DNA of 64,000 nt, taken from Octopus bimaculoides. Its lineage: Eukaryota. The stretch is taken from contig NC_068982.1 of NCBI RefSeq assembly GCF_001194135.2, positions 112,503,737-112,567,736 of the forward strand, written 5' to 3'. The notes under the pieces are model-generated. The model was not told the DNA's origin. It ran no database searches and saw only the letters and a program-made list of their open reading frames with translations. The translations under genes were made by a program, and so were the position numbers. Positions 57,764 through 64,000 of the stretch are shown piece after piece (positions within the stretch are counted from its first letter, which is position 1; each line of letters begins with the position of its first letter).

Positions 57764-57977
57764 ATATTTGTGTGTCTGTGTTTGTTCCTACATCATCGCT
57801 TGATAACCGTTGTTGGTGTGTTTACGTTCCCGTAAATTACCGGTTCGGCAAAAAAGACCGATAGAATAAGTGCTAGGCTTACAAAGAATAAGTCCAGGGG
57901 TCGATTTGTTCGACTAAAGCCGGTGCTCCAGCATAACCGCAGTCAAATGACTGAAAAAAGTAAAAGAATAAAAGAAT
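57570..57977 (+). mobile_element. SINE family A, full length with internal (TA)n
   Basis: Colinear with the 51367 copy over both head and tail. Confidence 0.9.
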
Positions 57978-58314
57978 ATATTACATATCTGAAAACTGAC
58001 AATACGTAACAGGAATCTGTATCCAGCTAGAACTATCAAAGCATAGTAGTAAAACTTTTAACTGCTATCACCTGTCGTTTTGAACAGAGGATGAAAAGCT
58101 ATGAAGAAAATATAATTTTGACATTTAAAAACACTGGAATGCAAATACTAGCTGTAATAACTCATATTACTGAGTTAATAAAAATACAATGAACTGAAAA
58201 GCAGAACAATATCATGACCTGATATAGTCTAGTAAATAACAATACTATCTAATGAAAACTCTTTCTCTCTCTCTCTGATATCTCTGTCCGTCTGCCTGTC
58301 TGTCTGTCTGCCTG

Positions 58315-58347
<33 letters not shown>

Positions 58348-59043
58348 AACACATACCCACTCTCTCACACACACACGCACACACACGGTTACATACTTAC
58401 AAACACACATACACATGCATTCACATAGCCCACTTGAATTCGATCAATGCTAAACATCGTAAACAATATTAAACAAAGCAAAACAGCGTTGAAATTAGAT
58501 ACACTACAATAGTCCCAATAATATGAAAATGACATTCCTGCAGATTACCTAATATACTAAAAATACAAAGCAATTAAGGGTTATGAAATGTCGATGCTTC
58601 ACGTGATAGCATGAAAGGCTTCTGTTTCATTTTCCTTTATCTTTTTTAAAATTGGAAATAGATATTGATAACAAACAAGATGATACTGCTGATGTTGCAA
58701 CTATTGCTAATTATGGTGATTATAATGATGACAATAATGATTTTGATGGACAGTGTATAATAAAAATGTCTAAAATAGGCACAAATTTGCAGGTCTTTAA
58801 AGAATGTAACATTCGATATATTCCTCCTAATTACAACATTGAACATAATCGACCGCTGAAGTCATCCATCAGATTTCTCATTCTCAATATCATTTTTTTA
58901 AATAGGAGTTTTCAATCTGTCCGATTGACAAATATTACAGAACCAGCAAATTAATGTAATAACCTTTCTGACAACGGAAATCGTCACATTGTTAGTACTA
59001 TCCACCATAAGTTGAGATGAACTAACATTACCTTCTGTCAAGT

Positions 59044-59424
59044 GGAGGCGCAATGACCCAGTGGTTAGGGCAGCGGACTCGTGGTCATAGTATCGTGGTT
59101 TCGAATCCCAGACCGGGTGTTGTGAGTGTTTATTGAGCGGAAACACCTAAAGCTCCACTAGACTCCGGCAGGGGATGGTGGCGAACCCTGCTGTACTCTT
59201 TCACCACAACTTTCTCCCACTCTTACTTCCTGTTTCTGTTGTGCCTGTAATTCAAAGGGTCAGCCTTGTCACACTGTGTCACGCTGAATATCCCCGAGAA
59301 CTACGTTAAGGCTACACATGTCTGTGGAGTGCTCAGCTACATGCATGTTAATTTCATGAGCAGGCTGTTCCGTTGATCGGATCAACTGGAACCCTCGACA
59401 TCGTAAGCGACGGAGTGCCAACAA
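59044..59424 (+). mobile_element. tRNA-derived SINE, family R head with a long different body (~380 bp)
   Basis: GGCGCAATGACCCAGTGGTTAGGGCAGCGGACTCG..GGTTTCGAATCCCAGACCGGG shows A and B boxes. The head is shared with the 53435 and 55386 copies, but the body differs. Confidence 0.85.
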
Positions 59425-60207
59425 CCGTCTGTCACGCATTAAAACTAGAGAGAAGGTATGAGGATTATCAACCTTATTGAAATAATCAAGCTATTGATGG
59501 TTCTTTCTTTTTCAAAAATCTCCTCGTCTAAAAAAATCTCACAGGAAGCCGATGTAGACAAAACATAGGCTTCCTGTGGGATTTAAAAAAAAAAATGGAT
59601 GTGGACATATTAACTCAAGGTTAGCTTCGCTTAAATATTGGCTACAGATCTCTGCCGAGGGACCACTTGCATTGATCTTGTCACCTGGAAGATAATTTTC
59701 ACTATGATCGTATTCTTTTCTAATCAAATATATCGATATTATATTAGTAAAAGTGTAAATATTCCAAGGAGGATCAAAATCTGTTCTTTAAGCATATTTT
59801 TGCTCAACAGTTAATACAATAATCTTTACATCTGTAAAACTTTAGATATTTTCTCGAAGGATGGGGTAAGATCAATTGTACTGGCCTGCTAAATATTTTA
59901 TAGGTTCCAGAGCGATGGAGTGTGAAGTTCGTGAAAGTTATAACTAAATTATTTAGAGAGCACCGCTTTTTACCCCACTCCGTAACATCATCTATCTTCC
60001 TGTATTGAGTAGCATGCGAAAGTTGCAGGTACTGCACTTTCCTCTTGACACAAGTAAATACACATACACACATACACACGCACACACGCGCGCGCACGGA
60101 CACACACACGCACGCATCACACACGCACGCATCACACACGCGCGCACACAACATTCACGCATCATGCACGTACACACACACACACGCATGCACACGCGCG
60201 CGCGCGT

Positions 60208-60239
<32 letters not shown>

Positions 60240-61149
60240 ATGTATTATAAGATTATATTTCAAGTAGCGTTATGAAATGAGCTGCTGGGACTTGTTGCCC
60301 ATACGTGTCTTGATTAGTTCTAAGCAGCTAATGTATTCTTCGTATTCTTCGAAGGGAAACTCTTGGTTATTAAAAAGTGGTTTCACTTTTTAAGTATTTT
60401 AGCACTGACTTAACTATTTGTTTTCTATGAAGGTCGTTTCTCTTGGTAATTTCTTCTCAGCATTTCTACTATAGGGTTAAAGTTTACTTTGCTAAAGTCA
60501 TCCAGCAAGAGGCAAGCTTTTCACAAGCTAAGACGGTTATTTGAACTTACATAGGCTGATTATATTCAGAAGATGCATAAACAAGTCGTCATTCATTCCC
60601 TAAAAACCTAGGGAATATTCAAAAGAAACCAATATTATTATTGCTTCTGTATGGTTTTCTATTAAAGAATAGCAGAAATATGTTTAAGATAACATCATAT
60701 TATTTTATATAGACGCTAAGGAGATTTTGAATTTAATTCAATTCCCTTTTCTTCATTTGGTAACCATATTGGTTCTACATCAGAAACCACAGAATCAATT
60801 CTTAGATATTCACAAAACAAATCTAAGTAAAACATAACAATAACTGTCTTATTGATTAATGCTTTAAGGAATATATAGAAAAACATCTGCAGCCTGTAAT
60901 TTTCACTTTGTAATACTAAATAATGTACATTTCTATAGGAAATCCTTTAGAAATATCCATTTGTGATGCTCCAAAAGATGACACCAATGTTAGCCAATTA
61001 CAATGGATATAACAATACATTACTGTTCGCTACTTCTAACTGTAACGGTTGAAATGTGTATCCTGGTTTCTCGCTAAAAACTATCATATATGCGGGAAAT
61101 CTGAAAAGAGAAATAAGGTATTACCATTCTAAGGAAATATAATCAATAG

Positions 61150-61480
61150 AAAGGCATGTTTTGGAGCGTATCTTTTCTACTCTCATCAAGCGACACACGT
61201 CAATGCATTTTCCCTCGTTTCTGAACGGAGCTTTGATATATACTTTTCTATGAATGATCGTAAGAGTCTTCTAAAGCTGCTACTTTTCAATGAGAAAGTA
61301 CATTTCAAGATAGTGCATTAGTTCGGATAGTTATCATCTTATATAGGAATATTAAATCTCAGCCAAACCAAACCTATCTTATTCTTTCGGGTTGAAGTAC
61401 TAAAGAAACTCATGTCGACACATTAATATTTAAGATGTTGATCTTCAAACAGAAACCAAAGAATCCGGAAGATGTATAGG
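61150..61480 (-). mobile_element. Very decayed LINE (RTE-like) RT-thumb fragment
   Basis: Broken minus-strand frames such as VWLRFNIPI..TIRTNALS. Weak similarity only. Confidence 0.25.
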
Positions 61481-62022
61481 TTCGAATTTCATAGAAAATA
61501 TAAAGAGAAGAAGTTGATTTCGCTGGTAATGGTTTTCAATTCAGTAAATATCTGACTGAAGTTTTAGGGCGAAGAAATAATATATTCATTGTCCTGTTGA
61601 AAGCTTAGAAACCAATTTCGTAAACGGTGAATACATATAATACATTTTGTGCAACTATATAATTCATTATTTATTATGGCGAATACTTAGAAATGATTAA
61701 TCTGCATTGTACAATGCTGAAATTATGACTGTACGGTAACATTTCTTTTTTTTTTTTTGCTTTTTGTATGAAAATCTTTAGACGAAAAACGACAACTAGA
61801 AAATCTGTTACCACAGACTACTTGACTATATATTCTTTATGTACAAGGCATCCCTGGGAAATTTTGACATGCTACTATTTCAGATTGTCTAATGAGTGGA
61901 TTTTTTTTTACACTCAATCTTATATATTTTATCAGTCATTCTAAGATTTAAGAACTGCATATAATTTTAATTGCTAGAGCATTTAATTCCTTTCATGGAT
62001 TTCAAACTAACTAACTAACTAA

Positions 62023-63028
62023 GAGGCAGAAGTAACAGCAACAGGGCCCAATGGACAACCGAGCGTGCGGAAGCATGAGGGGGCAACGGAAGACCCCTTC
62101 AGACCAGGCTTTAAAAACTACAAGTCCTCATTTAATATCCCAAAGAGCACAACCCTAGCCAATCACGTCTAAACATTGAAAGAAAGCGCCACGGAGTACA
62201 GCATAAAGTGGAAGATCCTAGAAAGATGCAAACTGTACTTCAACAACAGCAGCAGGAAGTGATTATGTCTGGATGAGAAGAGAGCAATTTTAAAAGGTAC
62301 CTAACACCCGGATGTTTACCTGAATAGCAGGAGTGTGTTGTTTAATCCTTGCCCGCATGAAAGGAAGTACATTCTATTGTACCTGTGCGCCCCACCATGA
62401 CTGCATCCACAGGTCCCCTGTCTCGACCTTCGGTAAACGACCCTCCTCCTATGCCCTTGGGCCCGGCAAAATAAGTTTGACCAAAGCACTCACTAAGGCA
62501 CCCATGTACACACACTCACACCCTAAGGCGGACACCCTACAAAATAAACTGTCTCCCCCAACACACACCCTTTAACACTAATTGTATCCCTACATATACA
62601 CATATCTCCCACACACTAACATAAATCACCCCCCCACAACTTAATCTTTTACAGAAAGAAAACGGACCAACGAACACAGCTATATATACCTAATTATACA
62701 ATTGACACCGCCACACATACCCCACATCCCATCCTCACAGGAGCACCACATTAATAACACACACTTTCCCCACTTCAAGATAACTCTTGCCAGCTTCACA
62801 GCATACCTAAGCAAGGGACATAACTTCCAAACTAATCCCCTGGCCCCCTTTTCGCTCCACCACTTTTTCATAGCAACCGCTGACCGGTTGTTCTAATCCA
62901 CCTCCGACAAAAGAGAACAGTCGTCATATTACCTTCCATGTCGGCCAACTCTGATGAGCGTAAAGTTATATAATCAGTTTGTTAACTAACATTCCATTGT
63001 ATTCTTTACGCGAATCCGATTGGTAAGA
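62023..63028 (+). mobile_element. Penelope-like element 3' relic: GIY-YIG endonuclease pseudo-ORF, C/A-rich 3' region and terminal hammerhead-like motif
   Basis: One frame, 62023-62400, reads EAEVTATG..KHEGATEDPF..FKNYKSSF..STTLANHV*TLKE..YSIKWKILERC..RK*LCLDEK..LNSRSVLFNPCPHERKYIL. This is the PLE GIY-YIG pattern (YxGxTE..F..HKSSF; CxLCxxEK..LNxR..CxH) with three internal stops. Confidence 0.85.
62948..63028 (+). ncRNA. Degenerate minimal type I hammerhead ribozyme (PLE pLTR type)
   Basis: CTGATGA (62951-62957); stem II GCGTAAAG/CTTTACGC (62958-62965/63004-63011) with a 38-nt loop; GAA (one A short); short stem III; TA at 63024-63025. Only 2 bp of stem I remain. Confidence 0.6.
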
Positions 63029-63076
63029 CCAGTCGTGATAAATATTTAATACGATACATTTCGGATAATATATGTA

Positions 63077-63185
63077 TATAAATTAAGGCGGCTATTCGCA
63101 ATTCAGAAACGATAGGCAAGAAGTACAGTCGTCACTAAAGTGAAGGGTTGCTAGAAATAAGAGTCAAAACAATTCTTAGCCATGG
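63077..63185 (-). repeat. Inverted partial copy of the hammerhead-repeat unit (3' half)
   Basis: 63077-63142 is the reverse complement of 63374-63439, and 63148-63170 is the reverse complement of 63325-63347, each with a few mismatches. Confidence 0.9.
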
Positions 63186-63189
63186 CGAC

Positions 63190-63249
63190 GGAGTAATGGG
63201 GTCACTGATAAAGATTGATTAAATCTGAAATCAGTGCTTATATGACTCC
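63190..63249 (+). ncRNA. Type I hammerhead ribozyme, copy 1 (core variant CUGAUAA, probably impaired)
   Basis: Stem I GGA..GTCA/TGAC-TCC; CTGATAA 63205-63211 (G8->A); stem II AGATT-GATTA-AATCT; GAAA 63227-63230; stem III with one mismatch; AUA site at 63240-63242. Confidence 0.75.
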
Positions 63250-63519
63250 ATCTCCCTTGTCGTAGGGAGGGATCCAGTCTCCCTTATGAGCCGTTGGAAA
63301 AGTGCTCACACGTGACTAGCAGTCGTTTTGACTTTTATTTCTAGCAATGCTGCTGCTTACTAGCACTCTCCGCCACTTTAGTAAGGGCTGTACTTCTTGC
63401 CTATCGCTTCTACATTGCGAATAGCCACCTTAATTTATAATTCTCACTTCACTATTTTCGAAATCATTGAATGTTTCCCATGGTATTTTCCATTAGGCTG
63501 ACAGGGTAACTTAGGTAAC

Positions 63520-63578
63520 GGAGTAATGCGTCACTGATGAAGATTTATCAAATCTGAAATCAGGTCTGATATGATTCC
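63520..63578 (+). ncRNA. Type I hammerhead ribozyme, copy 2 (intact catalytic core)
   Basis: Stem I GGAG-bulge-TCA/TGA-TTCC; CTGATGA 63534-63540; stem II AGATTT-ATC-AAATCT; GAAA 63556-63559; stem III ATCAG-GT-CTGAT; predicted cleavage after A63571 (AUA triplet). Confidence 0.9.
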
Positions 63579-63711
63579 ATCTCGCTTGTCGTCTACCTTG
63601 TCAGCCGTTAGAAAAGTGCTCCCACGTGGCTACGAATTCTTTTGACTCATATTTCAAGCCATACTGGTGTTTACTAGCGGCCTCTGTCGCTTTAGTGACG
63701 ACTGTACTTAT

Positions 63712-63712
63712 G

Positions 63713-63768
<56 letters not shown>
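63712..63768. repeat. (TCTA)n microsatellite truncating hammerhead unit 2
   Basis: Directly visible. Confidence 0.95.
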
Positions 63769-63769
<1 letters not shown>

Positions 63770-63782
63770 ACACACATATGTG

Positions 63783-64000
63783 ACGAAGGTGACAGTAAAG
63801 AATGTCCCTTCACAAGTGGAAACACAGTGGATAGTAGGTTCTATATGCCTCGAAATGGAGGAGGCAAATATATTAGAAATTGCTACTGCAGAGGAGAAAA
63901 ACTGGGAAGGGGGAAAAAAAGTCGAAGTCCTCCTCCACATCACTGAAGAGGAGTGCCAAAAGATCCCCACACACATCCAACTGGCAAAGGACCACAAGTT
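63783..64000 (+). mobile_element. Open frame running off the window, probable ORF1 (gag-like) fragment of a Tx1/L1-like LINE
   Basis: 72 uninterrupted codons: TKVTVKNVPSQVETQWIVGSICLEMEEANILEIATAEEKNWEGGKKVEVLLHITEEECQKIPTHIQLAKDHK. The 'VxNVP..W' pattern recalls LINE ORF1 RRM regions. Not in the ORF track because no stop lies in the window. Confidence 0.5.

Larger units (their letters stand above)
63186..63709 (+). mobile_element. Retrozyme-like tandem repeat, 329-bp period, about 1.6 direct units, each starting with a type I hammerhead
   Basis: CGGAGTAATG.GTCACTGAT.AAGATT..AAATCTGAAATCAG..TATGA.TCCATCTC.CTTGTCG recurs at 63189 and 63519. Similarity continues to CTGTACTT (~63395/63709). No coding capacity. 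Confidence 0.8.

Noticed and set aside
58652-58954. 100-aa acidic ORF
   Set aside because: Its N-terminus derives from degenerate (GAT)n, and no domain is recognisable.
59044-59120. tRNA gene (also considered for other SINE heads)
   Set aside because: A and B boxes are present, but there is no closed cloverleaf and the sequence continues into a shared SINE body.
63943-64000. CTGAAGA as a fourth hammerhead core
   Set aside because: No stem II followed by GAAA, and it lies in an open coding frame.

Overview
AT-rich, gap-ridden eukaryotic genomic DNA. The host is most likely a coleoid cephalopod (Octopus-like), inferred only from remembered SINE/LINE families and not verified by a search. No intact recognisable protein-coding gene is present, and almost every ORF in the track is a translation of a microsatellite, an N-gap or a decayed transposon. 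The window contains many microsatellites, about 17 tRNA-derived SINE copies of three families, and decayed non-LTR retrotransposons (R4/Dong-like and CRE/NeSL-like RLE elements, Tx1/L1-like, RTE-like). It also holds a Tc1/mariner relic and a Penelope-like element (PLE) relic. The most interesting locus is 62.0-63.7 kb. A PLE GIY-YIG endonuclease relic ends in a degenerate hammerhead ribozyme. It is followed by a non-coding repeat with a 329-bp period (one inverted partial copy plus two direct copies) in which each direct copy carries a type I hammerhead ribozyme, one with a fully intact core. This architecture matches non-LTR retrozymes or non-autonomous PLE pseudo-LTR arrays. Weaker signals include a candidate recursive splice site on the minus strand, a few exon-like segments and a 51-nt near-perfect hairpin. 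All alignments and translations were done by eye.
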